Origin: a virus
Strand: one strand, 5' to 3'
Virus record (IMG/VR): IMGVR_UViG_3300037493_001906
Span: 1-64,000 of that record
DNA: 64,000 bases
Shown piece by piece: positions 54,601 to 63,250 of this stretch. Numbering within the stretch: the stretch's first letter is position 1; each line of letters starts with the position of its first letter. Under the pieces are notes generated by a model that made no database searches, had not been told where the DNA came from, and saw nothing but the letters and a program-made list of their open reading frames with translations. The position numbers and the translations under genes are program-made.

Positions 54601-57132
54601 GGTAAGTAAACCACCTTTTAGATTATTATAGTTTTTAAAATAGTTTAATAATGTAGTACCTATTGCTGTACCACTTCCTGTATTATTAAAGTATGCAATA
54701 TCTGCTTGAGTAGGAGATGTTACAATTAAATCATTTTGATTAATTGTTGTATCTCCTGTTGTATCATCATTGCCTGATGCATAAGTATTAGTATTTATGT
54801 TTGCAAACAAAGGAAATACTGTTCCTGGACCAAGAGTACCACTAGTATTACGTGTAGCAATATCTGTACTTAAATTATAATTTACTTTATGAGGTAAGTT
54901 TTCTTCAGAAAAACCCTGCATATATGGAGATACATAATTTACTTTTCTTTGACCATTCATTGCAATAGCAGCAATACCAAGACCAGCTAAAGCAGATATT
55001 ACAAAACAAAAATCTTTAATTAATTTTTCTCTTGGATGCTTATCTGATAATTCAAATTTACCTGTTATATTACCATGAAATTCACCATGAATTTTTATTT
55101 CTTTAGCAGAGAGGAATGGATTAACAAAAGTTGTATCAGGACTATGAAAACTAAATATATTATTATTAATGGATGCTTGAGGATTATATCCAACTTGGTC
55201 AATCATACCTCCACCATATGGATATTTTTGACCAGTTGTAGGGGTAGTAGATAAGAATGGATCAGCACCAAGATCATTATAGGGATAGTTAGCATATAAA
55301 CCTTTTTTACCTGAATTATCAGGTAGAGTATATTCTCTCATATTATTTATGAGACCTTTAGCTAAAATGGTTTTATTACCATTTCTTGTTCCTCTAAAGA
55401 TTTCATAACCCACAATACCTACAACAGGAGTACCATCATTTTTAATTGGTGCCTTAATCTTATCAAATACTACACCAAGTATTCTTATATTTCCTGTTAC
55501 AGGATCTGTGTATAGACAAGTAGATCCTGGACCAGTATTTAAATCAGGAAATTTATGATGTCTAATTTGTCTACCACAAAGATCAAATTGACCTTTTATA
55601 GAAACTCCATTTCCTATTCCTGGTGTTGCAGCTTGAATATTATATGGTAATACTCCTGGAATATTAAAACCAGGATTTAAAGTATTTGTTTCTGAATTCC
55701 ATACTTCAGGATTATCATCTGGATATTGTTCTGATGATTCCCAATATCCCATAATACCTTCTCCAATAACAACACCACCATCTGATAATATAGTATTAGG
55801 AGCATTAGTAAAAACAGATGTATTACCTACAAACCATTCTTCATTTGTAAGATCACCAGTTATACTATCTAGAGCATTAGGTATTCCATCTATTCCAGGT
55901 GCATTAAATTTTGGTCTACCAGGAATATGATATGCAGAAGATTTATCTCCTGTATCATATACCCATCTTATAAAAAAAGAATAAACTTCATCTCTTAAGT
56001 AATTAGTTTTATTTCCACCTTTAATATAATAATCTGCAGGATATTCTATAGATTGCCATTTTGTAATAATTTGGTTAGCTAAAGGTTGGTAATTAAAATC
56101 TTCTTTTGAAGTAGGTCCTGTTCTAATTAAATATGAACCAACAGAATATGTAGCATCTGTTTTATCTATAATAGGTGTCATGATTGGAATCTGTTCAATA
56201 GGAAAAGTTGGCCAAGTATTATCTATTGTATCAAAACTAAGTCTTTGTTGATGTGTACTATATACACCTGCTAATTTTGCTACTGTTTGTTGATTTACTA
56301 CAGATATAATTACTATTTGAAATTCTGTAAATCTAGTATCTAAACTAGTTAATATAACATCTAATGAACAGGAAGAGTTATTATGATTAAATAATGATTG
56401 CACATTTGATATATACCAATCACTTATTTTTTGGCCATCTACAGTATATGCAATAGCAACCATGTATGAACCATTGAGTAGTGTTCCTGAACCAAAACCA
56501 TTTTGTACTTCTACACAAGGCGTATCAATAAAGGTAGCTAATCTTAATTTATTACAATCAAGATTCTTTGAATTTATTGTATTATTACAAGTAGCAGAGT
56601 TATTAGGATCTGGAACTTGAATCCAAGGAATAGGACTATTAGGATTTAAATAACTATTATCAGATACTGGGTCAATAGTAAAAGTAAGATTTCTTGTTGG
56701 ATTTAATCCATCATCCCAGTATGCCCTATATGTACAACTAACTACAGGTCTTGTTACACCCTTAATTAAATTGGTTGCAGAAAAATTAAGACAAGGATCA
56801 TTTACAACAGTTTCATATGTACATAATGATTCAGTAAAAATACCTATCTCATGACAAGGACCATTAGTAGTATAAATTAACCATTTATCTGCAGTGATAT
56901 GTATTGTTCCAATGATTTTAGGAATTGAAGTACCACAACCAGTATAGGTTATATTAATACAATTTATATTTGAAGGTTCATTACCTAACTTTCCTAAGTC
57001 ACCAGTTTTAGAATTGTTTATAGCATTTCTAGCCTGGGTCCAGGAATCATCAGGTAAGTGAAAATCATTTACATCTTCACTTAACTCTTTGTCAAATCTA
57101 CGTGTATTAATCTGATTAGTATCTTTTGCCAT
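51682..57132 (-). CDS. Tail muzzle/stabilization protein (P22 gp10-like, crAss-type; 1816 aa)
   Basis: N-terminal FDKELSEDVNDFHLPDDSWTQARNA, beta-rich body, NYLRDEVYSFFIRW and WISYHDW motifs; downstream of the probable ring genes. Confidence 0.7.
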   Translation of the reverse strand: MAKDTNQINTRRFDKELSEDVNDFHLPDDSWTQARNAINNSKTGDLGKLGNEPSNINCINITYTGCGTSIPKIIGTIHITADKWLIYTTNGPCHEIGIFTESLCTYETVVNDPCLNFSATNLIKGVTRPVVSCTYRAYWDDGLNPTRNLTFTIDPVSDNSYLNPNSPIPWIQVPDPNNSATCNNTINSKNLDCNKLRLATFIDTPCVEVQNGFGSGTLLNGSYMVAIAYTVDGQKISDWYISNVQSLFNHNNSSCSLDVILTSLDTRFTEFQIVIISVVNQQTVAKLAGVYSTHQQRLSFDTIDNTWPTFPIEQIPIMTPIIDKTDATYSVGSYLIRTGPTSKEDFNYQPLANQIITKWQSIEYPADYYIKGGNKTNYLRDEVYSFFIRWVYDTGDKSSAYHIPGRPKFNAPGIDGIPNALDSITGDLTNEEWFVGNTSVFTNAPNTILSDGGVVIGEGIMGYWESSEQYPDDNPEVWNSETNTLNPGFNIPGVLPYNIQAATPGIGNGVSIKGQFDLCGRQIRHHKFPDLNTGPGSTCLYTDPVTGNIRILGVVFDKIKAPIKNDGTPVVGIVGYEIFRGTRNGNKTILAKGLINNMREYTLPDNSGKKGLYANYPYNDLGADPFLSTTPTTGQKYPYGGGMIDQVGYNPQASINNNIFSFHSPDTTFVNPFLSAKEIKIHGEFHGNITGKFELSDKHPREKLIKDFCFVISALAGLGIAAIAMNGQRKVNYVSPYMQGFSEENLPHKVNYNLSTDIATRNTSGTLGPGTVFPLFANINTNTYASGNDDTTGDTTINQNDLIVTSPTQADIAYFNNTGSGTAIGTTLLNYFKNYNNLKGGLLTSWSNNLLGKSDDTFIYNGLNKAYNVETATHNGLNTGSVNIEQADGAYQNMPMASVSALTANIPLFFNYFTQGTDTALNFFKAVISYKDYALRYHSHCLYTDYAIPTTGDRRRVINHAQYIGPQIATFNSTYRINNLYRSNYVAIQTGNTLKNPDTGDFSRIRVTDVVALAEPSIFNNLQVKNPSKQSFSSQNPADYSSDVNFRLATYPKGTRPQTASSHYASLKQRLINQYGQINSISLIPVSTCTTPLYIPNPRTGVLNLNSTTGTLFGGDTYVGRYTEKNTFFYFYNWMYGEPDGTQFDYTKNEMIPYPRYWANFNQFQTGDFTSSMGTFFNTFNPNAIVTPSSYYSLDDVSNTPGTWVVLPNFTSLSFSMEYAWFYLFNSGVKDFYVETEINLAQRDWGELDTERFYDPGYYDDTNILFNTGIIKATNYYKYDQSLSYSKLFLNYVSWAATQRYNYNPVLAEDCYVYSKNRVIYSLPNQYESLRDNWSIFLINNYKDFESTLTCIKPINKSGAMIFFESQSPVMFQGTDTLETGLGTKLVIGDGGLFSQPLQSITNADRPYEFASCQDRLSVINTPMGIYWISQNQGKIFSYTNSLNELSMNDIKWWLVLYLPFKLVQQFPNFALTNNPVIGVGTQSIYDNQNGLLYFTKKDYSLRTDLPASITVQYDDILKDNTFNIYMNNAYMFAIKLGDDTQLVPNPIQGQPPIPVWQLYFEDASWTISYDPKIGSWISYHDWHPDLVIPGKNTFLTTHNNGIWIHNLAYQSYCNYYGINYPFEVEYMVNTVQTVNTLRSIEYQLECYKYDTNGFDRFHVLDYNFDKAVIYNTEQVSGYLRLNLSTAIKKDPQLITTYPIIGSNVIDILYSKEENKYRFNQFWDITDDRGEYFNPNIPGFAERMIWNTGANGYARTLNTVNLNYAKDFFERKKFRHYTNTVWLRKDPVNDNTKYPNGNPYKMLVILTNNKELYSPR

Positions 57133-57203
57133 TATCTAACTATTTTATCACCGTAGAGATCATTAGGATTTTTGTCCCACTGATACCAAGGATAACTCTT
57201 AAA
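57132..57203 (-). pseudogene. Orphan diverged copy of the last 23 codons of the 57677..58714 gene
   Basis: FKSYPWYQWDKNPNDLYGDKIVR* versus FKSYSWFQYDRNPNNYMGERVIR* (12/23 identical, most of the rest conservative). No start codon; its stop overlaps the muzzle ATG (TAATG). Confidence 0.88.
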
Positions 57204-57212
57204 CTTACTTTA

Positions 57213-57680
57213 TTATTTATGTTTTACAATATATTCAATTGCTTTAAGCATAATATTTATATTATCTTTAAATTTTCCAATACCTGTATTACAATTATCA
57301 CATAAAAAACCTCTAATTTTTTTAGTATTGTGACAATGATCTAATGAAAGATCTTTTTTTTGTGATGAGTTATGTTCACCACAAATGGCACAATAGCCGT
57401 TGTAAAAATCATAAAGTTTTTTATATTCTTGTTTAGTAATTTTTATACCCTGTTTTTTATAAGAAGACATTTTAACCCCTAATTTAAATTTTTCAGGATT
57501 TTGTTTTCTATAAATACTTGACTTTATTTTATTTTTTTCTAAATTTTTTGGAAGTTTAGCTCTTTTTTTTGCATCTTCATTTTTACAAAATTTGCAATGA
57601 GACGCATATCCAGACTTGTTTCTAGGTTCAACTCCAAATAAAGAAACCTCTTTATTTATTTTACATTTTGTACAAATCAT
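57213..57680 (-). CDS. Free-standing endonuclease VII-like (His-Me finger) homing endonuclease (155 aa)
   Basis: N-terminal CTKC...HCKFC finger; CAICG...LSLDHCH...IRGFLCDNCNTGIG EndoVII core. Confidence 0.88.
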   Translation of the reverse strand: MICTKCKINKEVSLFGVEPRNKSGYASHCKFCKNEDAKKRAKLPKNLEKNKIKSSIYRKQNPEKFKLGVKMSSYKKQGIKITKQEYKKLYDFYNGYCAICGEHNSSQKKDLSLDHCHNTKKIRGFLCDNCNTGIGKFKDNINIMLKAIEYIVKHK

Positions 57681-58714
57681 CTAATTACCCTTTCTCCCAT
57701 ATAATTGTTTGGATTACGATCATATTGAAACCAGCTATAACTTTTAAACATATCATAATATTTTGCATACTGAGCTCTACGATTAGTAGTCCATACTCTT
57801 TTCATTTCTGAGAAGTTAGGAGTATTAACAATAGTAAGAGCATAATTTCTTGCTGCTCTATATCCCTCTTGAATAAGTTGAATCTTAGCAGGACTAATAT
57901 TCTCATCATTCATGATAAGATTTTCTAGTATTCTTTTTTTAATAGCATACTCATAGTACTCATTTATCATATCATGATCTGGAACCATAAGATTACCTTC
58001 ATCATCTTCTAGATCACCTTGATAATTAACATATACTTTACCTGTTGTGAAACTGGTATAGAGATAGCCATTTTTTATCCAAGCAGAATTAACTGAATTA
58101 AGATACAAATTAGGACATCCACAATCTATTGATTCAGGATTCTCTAAAATTCTAATTGGCATTAATCTCTTATATGTATTAGTAGTTGTATTGATTCTCT
58201 GTACTAACTCATAGCAATCATTTTTACAATTCATAAATACCCTAGGCTTCCTACAGTAGTCACCAAATGGTTCTAAAGGATTGTAGTCTTGTGTAGAGCA
58301 TGCAGTAGAAGCAGCAATACAATTGCATGGTTCAAAATTGCATCTATTACAATTGACTGTAGGAGCTGCACAGACATCTATTGTTCCTGGAGTTTCTTGG
58401 TAAGGAGCTATTAGCTTTTCTTCAATCCAAGTACCTTGTGGCATAGCTTGTTGTACAGTAACTTCATCACAAATAAGTGCAAAGTTAAGAGTAAAGAAAT
58501 CATCAGGTAGTTTTACTCTTCCTTTTTCAACATCAAGTAATGCTTCTTTAGTCATCATAATCCTAAGACCAAGATCATAGTTAACTCTCTTAGCAACTTT
58601 AATAAGTTGTTGAGGTTCTATTTGATTTTGTAAAGCAGCATTTTGAAAATCAACCAGAGCTTCACTTAGAAGTTGATCAAATGTTCTATATTTAAGTGTA
58701 TAATTATACGACAT
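57677..58714 (-). CDS. Probable tail ring/tubular (head-tail connector) protein (345 aa)
   Basis: Position upstream of the muzzle gene; GKVYVNYQG...VPD...EYYEYAIKKRILE pattern resembles gp4-like ring proteins. Inferred from context. Confidence 0.5.
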   Translation of the reverse strand: MSYNYTLKYRTFDQLLSEALVDFQNAALQNQIEPQQLIKVAKRVNYDLGLRIMMTKEALLDVEKGRVKLPDDFFTLNFALICDEVTVQQAMPQGTWIEEKLIAPYQETPGTIDVCAAPTVNCNRCNFEPCNCIAASTACSTQDYNPLEPFGDYCRKPRVFMNCKNDCYELVQRINTTTNTYKRLMPIRILENPESIDCGCPNLYLNSVNSAWIKNGYLYTSFTTGKVYVNYQGDLEDDEGNLMVPDHDMINEYYEYAIKKRILENLIMNDENISPAKIQLIQEGYRAARNYALTIVNTPNFSEMKRVWTTNRRAQYAKYYDMFKSYSWFQYDRNPNNYMGERVIR

Positions 58715-58718
58715 TGTT

Positions 58719-59393
58719 TTATGTTCTTAGTTGACTTTGTTTATCATCTTGCCCTTCTGCATGCATTTGAACCATCAGACTTAATTCTTTTATTGCATTT
58801 TGCTCTACTTCAGCAAATAGGTATTCAGGATACTGTAGTTTATTATCTTGGATAGGAGCACATTCATCACCATCACAAAGTAAATATTCAATACTTTCTT
58901 CCCATAATCCTTCTACTCTTACTGCTTCCCAAGTTACATTAGGTAAATAAAGATAACCATTTAAATACCAATAATACTTAACATTGTTATATTTAAAGTT
59001 AGTGCTCTTTGTCATGGCTACATATGTAGCTGGCTGAGTTCTATAACAAAGTTGAGAGCCATCAATAGAACTTACTGTTCTAAAGATAGCTCCATAGTCA
59101 CCTTCTAATACTGTAGGTAGTTTATCTTTTGTACGCATAATTGTACAATTAGATTTTATATCATTACAACAAGCTTCTACTCTATCTACCTCAATTAGAT
59201 CTACACAAGGTAGTGGAACAAATAAACTTTGAAAGCTTAAGATCTTATTTAATACTTGTTGTTTTCTAATAGATAGTTTAGCATATTTTGTTACTATGCT
59301 ATATATAAGGCGATCTGTTAAAAAGGCATCTTCATTGACACCTTTCATAACATTTCTTATTCTTGATATTGATTCTCCTATAGTTAGTCCCAT
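58719..59393 (-). CDS. Probable tail ring/structural protein (224 aa)
   Basis: TIGESISRIR...LTDRLIYS and YYWYLNGYLYL; position in the crAss-like tail module. Confidence 0.5.
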   Translation of the reverse strand: MGLTIGESISRIRNVMKGVNEDAFLTDRLIYSIVTKYAKLSIRKQQVLNKILSFQSLFVPLPCVDLIEVDRVEACCNDIKSNCTIMRTKDKLPTVLEGDYGAIFRTVSSIDGSQLCYRTQPATYVAMTKSTNFKYNNVKYYWYLNGYLYLPNVTWEAVRVEGLWEESIEYLLCDGDECAPIQDNKLQYPEYLFAEVEQNAIKELSLMVQMHAEGQDDKQSQLRT

Positions 59394-59394
59394 G

Positions 59395-59982
59395 TTAATC
59401 TAGTTCAAATTCATTATAATCTTTTGTATGAAATTCAGTATTTGCTAACATCTGATGCTTATACTTTTTATTTTTAAATAAAACATTAATAGCTGTGAAG
59501 TTTTCTACCTGAACATATTTTTTCCAATTCTCAGGATAATGCTTTGCTACTGCTCTTGTAAATTCTCTTTCTCCTTTAAATTGCCAAAGCTCCCTATCTT
59601 GTAATCTATACTTACTAATAAAGTTAGTATAAAATATTTTAGCTATAAAATTGTCAGATTCAAAATTCCTATGCTTAACATTTTGATTTAACTCTTTAGA
59701 TTTTATATAATCAACATTATATTTTTTAGGAGGCATACATGTTCCTATAAATATATAACCTAACTCTTCTGGTAGTTCTGTGCCATCTCTATTTCCAATA
59801 GCATTTTCCCATATCCTTTTATTAAAAGTAACTATGATAGATTTAAGTGTACTATTTGATATATCTTTATATTGAGGATACTTCTCTTTAAACTTTAGAT
59901 ATAAGCTTTCATTAAGAATACTTGTTCTTTTTGCTCTAAATCTTGGAGCATTTAAGTCTGGCTTTTTGAAATAGTTTGTCAT
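59395..59982 (-). CDS. IHF/HU-like DNA-binding protein (195 aa)
   Basis: Basic; helix followed by DGTELPEELGYIFIG, resembling the IHF/HU core. IHF-like genes occur in crAss-like tail modules. Confidence 0.45.
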   Translation of the reverse strand: MTNYFKKPDLNAPRFRAKRTSILNESLYLKFKEKYPQYKDISNSTLKSIIVTFNKRIWENAIGNRDGTELPEELGYIFIGTCMPPKKYNVDYIKSKELNQNVKHRNFESDNFIAKIFYTNFISKYRLQDRELWQFKGEREFTRAVAKHYPENWKKYVQVENFTAINVLFKNKKYKHQMLANTEFHTKDYNEFELD

Positions 59983-59993
59983 AATAATACACC

Positions 59994-60006
59994 TTACTAT
60001 AATATA
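59994..60006 (-). promoter_or_regulatory. Candidate late-promoter element TATATTATAGTAA (copy 1)
   Basis: Exact 13-bp match to 62173..62185; both are intergenic and just upstream of an ATG. Confidence 0.5.
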
Positions 60007-60047
60007 CGTAATTTTTTTAAAGTTTAAAAATAAACTTTTAATCTGAC

Positions 60048-60080
60048 AAAAGCAAAAAGCCCAGATTTCTCTGAGCTTTT
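60048..60080 (-). terminator. Rho-independent terminator
   Basis: On the - strand: AAAAGCTCAG-AGAAAT-CTGGGCTTTT followed by TGCTTTT. Confidence 0.75.
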
Positions 60081-60125
60081 CACCTGTCAGTCACTGTTAT
60101 ACCAACAAACCGTGACATTTTTTTG

Positions 60126-60191
60126 TTAGGCTAGTGTAGTTGCTTTAACTATTACTGAACCACAGATTGTTTGAGGAATTGCAAAGGCCAT
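60126..60191 (-). CDS. Mini-ORF (21 aa) MAFAIPQTICGSVIVKATTLA, resembling a terminal FN3 strand; not in ORF track
   Basis: The leader AAAATAAAATGGC is identical to that of 60211..60687; the sequence parallels the C-terminus PPTVCGFNSITTSPLP of the 489 aa protein. Confidence 0.5.
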   Translation of the reverse strand: MAFAIPQTICGSVIVKATTLA

Positions 60192-60210
60192 TTTATTTTA
60201 TATTTAAAGG

Positions 60211-60687
60211 TTAAACTGTTTCACAACTAGATTCAATAAAAAATTCATATTCTGTATTTGCAAGGAGTCCTGTTACAGTTACTGTACCAATTGCACCAGC
60301 AAGTGGTGAGCCAAAATAAAGCCAAGTTGTTGTTCCAAATTTTCTATAACGTACTCTATAACTTGTAGCAGTACTAGGAATCCAAGATAATACAACTGAA
60401 GTTGCTGTATTTGCAATTGCACTAAATCCAGTTATAGGACTATAACATACATCTGGTGTATAACATGCATCAGGACCTACACCACCTTGTGTAGCTAAGA
60501 CTTGAATTATATCACATAACCTATCTCCTGTTTTAACAAGACCTACATCTGGACCAGTATAGATGATACAACATGCATCAAATGTTTCTGAGCATGGGTT
60601 TGGTGTAGGGCAAAGGAATTCATTACAGGGGGCTGGTGTTGTTAGCCCCACATCATGACATCCACAATCTTTATTTCCGCAAGCCAT
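60211..60687 (-). CDS. Cys-rich tail-associated protein with a C-terminal FN3-like domain (158 aa)
   Basis: CIIYTGPD...GDRL module shared with the 489 aa protein; FN3 signature VVLSW...YRVRYR...VTGLLANTEYEFFI. Confidence 0.7.
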   Translation of the reverse strand: MACGNKDCGCHDVGLTTPAPCNEFLCPTPNPCSETFDACCIIYTGPDVGLVKTGDRLCDIIQVLATQGGVGPDACYTPDVCYSPITGFSAIANTATSVVLSWIPSTATSYRVRYRKFGTTTWLYFGSPLAGAIGTVTVTGLLANTEYEFFIESSCETV

Positions 60688-60701
60688 TTTATTTTATTTT
60701 A

Positions 60702-62171
60702 TTAAGGTAAAGGACTAGTTGTTATTGAATTAAATCCACATACTGTAGGAGGACACTCAAGACATGCTGTAGGTACAATGGTTAATCTTACATTATATAC
60801 AGTAGATGATGTTAATGGAGTAAATGTTCCTGTTACAGGTACTGCAGATCCTGCAGCTTGAGATTGTGAACTTAAAAGTGTTCCATAAGTTGAATCATAA
60901 AGTTCTGCAGTATATGTATAATTACCAGAAAGACTAGTAAAATCATAACTTACACTTTCAGTATCAGCAGTTAAAGTAACCTCTGGACAATTTGCTGTAT
61001 TAACTATAGTATATGATAAACATGAATTACATGTTGCATTTGTAGCTGGATTAGTTAAACAAGGTAATATATCTACTGTAATATCTAAAGCTGTATTAAT
61101 TGGTGTACCTGAAAGATCAATAGTATATCCAGTAATGTTATTAAGATATGAAATAATATCAAAATTAACTAGAATTATACTACCTGCTGAATCTGTTACT
61201 TTAATTTGAGTAGTTCCACTGCATTGAATAAATCCAGTTGGAATAGTACCACTAATAAATATTGTTAATCCTGATTCAACTAATGTAGAAGTAAGACTTA
61301 GATCAATACCATCACATCCTGAAGGACAACAATTAACTTGAATATTTCTTACTGCTGTTCTAATATCACATACAGTAACCCACATATTTCCAAATGCTTG
61401 AGCTAAATTTGATACTGTATTAGTCCATCCAGGTAAAGATGACATTGTTGTTGTATTACTTGTAAGAGATATATCAGTATTTAAACCTGCACATTGCTTT
61501 ACAATATTAGTATAAATATCTACTGTACCTCCTGTTGCTGATCTAAGTTCACAAAATTGTGCTTCTAATGCTGCAAGTACTATATCCATTTCTTCTGGAA
61601 CACTTGGCAAAACACATACAGGAGTAACTGTTGGTGGTATGTATATAGGAGGAGTAGCATTTTCAAGAACAATAATTCTTGCTGTGTTGTCAGCTACTGC
61701 AGCTTGTAATGTAGTTATATCAATAACAATAGAGCATACTCTATTTGCTATAGAAGTAACATAGTCTGTTATTTGAGCTTGAGTAACTGTATCTCCAAAA
61801 CCATTAACATAATAAAAACAAGGTGCTAAGTCTATAACACAGTCTGGACATCCTGCAGATGTTGTTGTACCTAGTCTTCCTATTATTATTCCATTTTTAG
61901 TATTAAGATCACATATCTGAGTTATCAAAAACTGAATAAGTTCAGAATAGCTTTGAGGTGGACCTGAAGGAAAGCTAAAACAAGATAGATCATAGGTACT
62001 AACCTTTAATTCATCAAGGACTGCACAAAGTTCTGTAGCTAGTTTGTATATTACATCACTAATTGTATCTCCTTTACAAAGATTAATACATGGAATATCT
62101 GGCCCTTGCCAGAGTACACAATTGGATGAGATACTATTACATCCTTTTTCATCATAATTTAGTGGTTTCAT
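60702..62171 (-). CDS. Cys-rich tail/fiber-associated protein with coiled-coil segments and a C-terminal FN3-like domain (489 aa)
   Basis: CVLWQGPDIPC...GDTISDVIYKL module; heptad segment ITTLQAAVADNTARIIVLE; LTSSTVYNVRL. Confidence 0.65.
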   Translation of the reverse strand: MKPLNYDEKGCNSISSNCVLWQGPDIPCINLCKGDTISDVIYKLATELCAVLDELKVSTYDLSCFSFPSGPPQSYSELIQFLITQICDLNTKNGIIIGRLGTTTSAGCPDCVIDLAPCFYYVNGFGDTVTQAQITDYVTSIANRVCSIVIDITTLQAAVADNTARIIVLENATPPIYIPPTVTPVCVLPSVPEEMDIVLAALEAQFCELRSATGGTVDIYTNIVKQCAGLNTDISLTSNTTTMSSLPGWTNTVSNLAQAFGNMWVTVCDIRTAVRNIQVNCCPSGCDGIDLSLTSTLVESGLTIFISGTIPTGFIQCSGTTQIKVTDSAGSIILVNFDIISYLNNITGYTIDLSGTPINTALDITVDILPCLTNPATNATCNSCLSYTIVNTANCPEVTLTADTESVSYDFTSLSGNYTYTAELYDSTYGTLLSSQSQAAGSAVPVTGTFTPLTSSTVYNVRLTIVPTACLECPPTVCGFNSITTSPLP

Positions 62172-62172
62172 A

Positions 62173-62185
62173 TTACTATAATATA
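62173..62185 (-). promoter_or_regulatory. Candidate late-promoter element TATATTATAGTAA (copy 2)
   Basis: Identical to 59994..60006; ends 1 nt before the ATG at 62171. Confidence 0.5.
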
Positions 62186-62209
62186 TTAAATATTCCTCTA
62201 ATTAACAAA

Positions 62210-63247
62210 TTAATTTATTGAACAACTTTTATTTTGACATCCACAGGCATTATCTCCACATGTAGAGCATGATCCTGCAGTTTCACAACACTCAATATAG
62301 GTATTTTTTATGTTAGTTAAATCAACTAATTCTTTCTTAATATCCCATTTTTGAGAGTCTTCATCACAACAAGTTTCAAGACCATATCTTTTACTTATCA
62401 TTTGAGCATATACAGCATCTCCATATCTACAGTTTACATTTTCTGTATATAAAGTATCACAATCTCCACAATCTCTTGACTTACATTGAATACAATTAGA
62501 TACTGTGGACAGTGTATCAATAGTTATTTCAATATCATAATAAAGAGCACCTTCTGAGTAGGTTGTTTCTACTAACTTTAAACATCCTTTAGCTACTTCA
62601 AATCCTGCATTATTATAAGCATTAGTAATTACTATTGATTGTAACCAATCAATTCCACCATTTGCAGTGACTGTGGTAGAAAGAGCACCATCATAAACAA
62701 GTTGTAACACATTGCCTACAGAATTAATGTATTCTTTTCCAGAAGCACAATCTACTAGTACATAGAATTTATGAAAACAATCTGATGCACAATCTGAACA
62801 ACTTGAATATTGATTTAGTGGAGTTATTGTTTCTTGTGATGTTAATGGAGCTTCAGTTGGATTTAGTCTATAACAAGTAGATTCATATGGTCCTGTTGCT
62901 ACACATACAAAAGCTACATCATTTAAAAGTGTTCCACTAAAATTACCAAATGGTATAACAAAGGTATTTGAAGTATTGGAGCATTCTGTAACAATTAAGT
63001 TATTAGTTGTAATACCACAATTAATAATACAATCTTCACAGTTATTATAAATACCATCAACTGAATAATTAACTATACTAGTTATAGGATCTTCTGTAAA
63101 TGTTACTGTATAACAATTAGATCTAGTTAATTCACTATAAATACATATTATTTGTCCTAGTTCTATTTGAACTGATAACTGACTTTGATCAATTACTATT
63201 ATTGGTTGGTCAATATCACAAGGAGTAAGTAAATAATTTAAAGCCAT
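62210..63247 (-). CDS. Cys-rich repeat structural protein (345 aa)
   Basis: Three units of about 75-95 aa, each with the pattern YxLxxC...C[YL]xh...xxCxxC. Confidence 0.75.
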   Translation of the reverse strand: MALNYLLTPCDIDQPIIVIDQSQLSVQIELGQIICIYSELTRSNCYTVTFTEDPITSIVNYSVDGIYNNCEDCIINCGITTNNLIVTECSNTSNTFVIPFGNFSGTLLNDVAFVCVATGPYESTCYRLNPTEAPLTSQETITPLNQYSSCSDCASDCFHKFYVLVDCASGKEYINSVGNVLQLVYDGALSTTVTANGGIDWLQSIVITNAYNNAGFEVAKGCLKLVETTYSEGALYYDIEITIDTLSTVSNCIQCKSRDCGDCDTLYTENVNCRYGDAVYAQMISKRYGLETCCDEDSQKWDIKKELVDLTNIKNTYIECCETAGSCSTCGDNACGCQNKSCSIN

Positions 63248-63250
63248 TTC

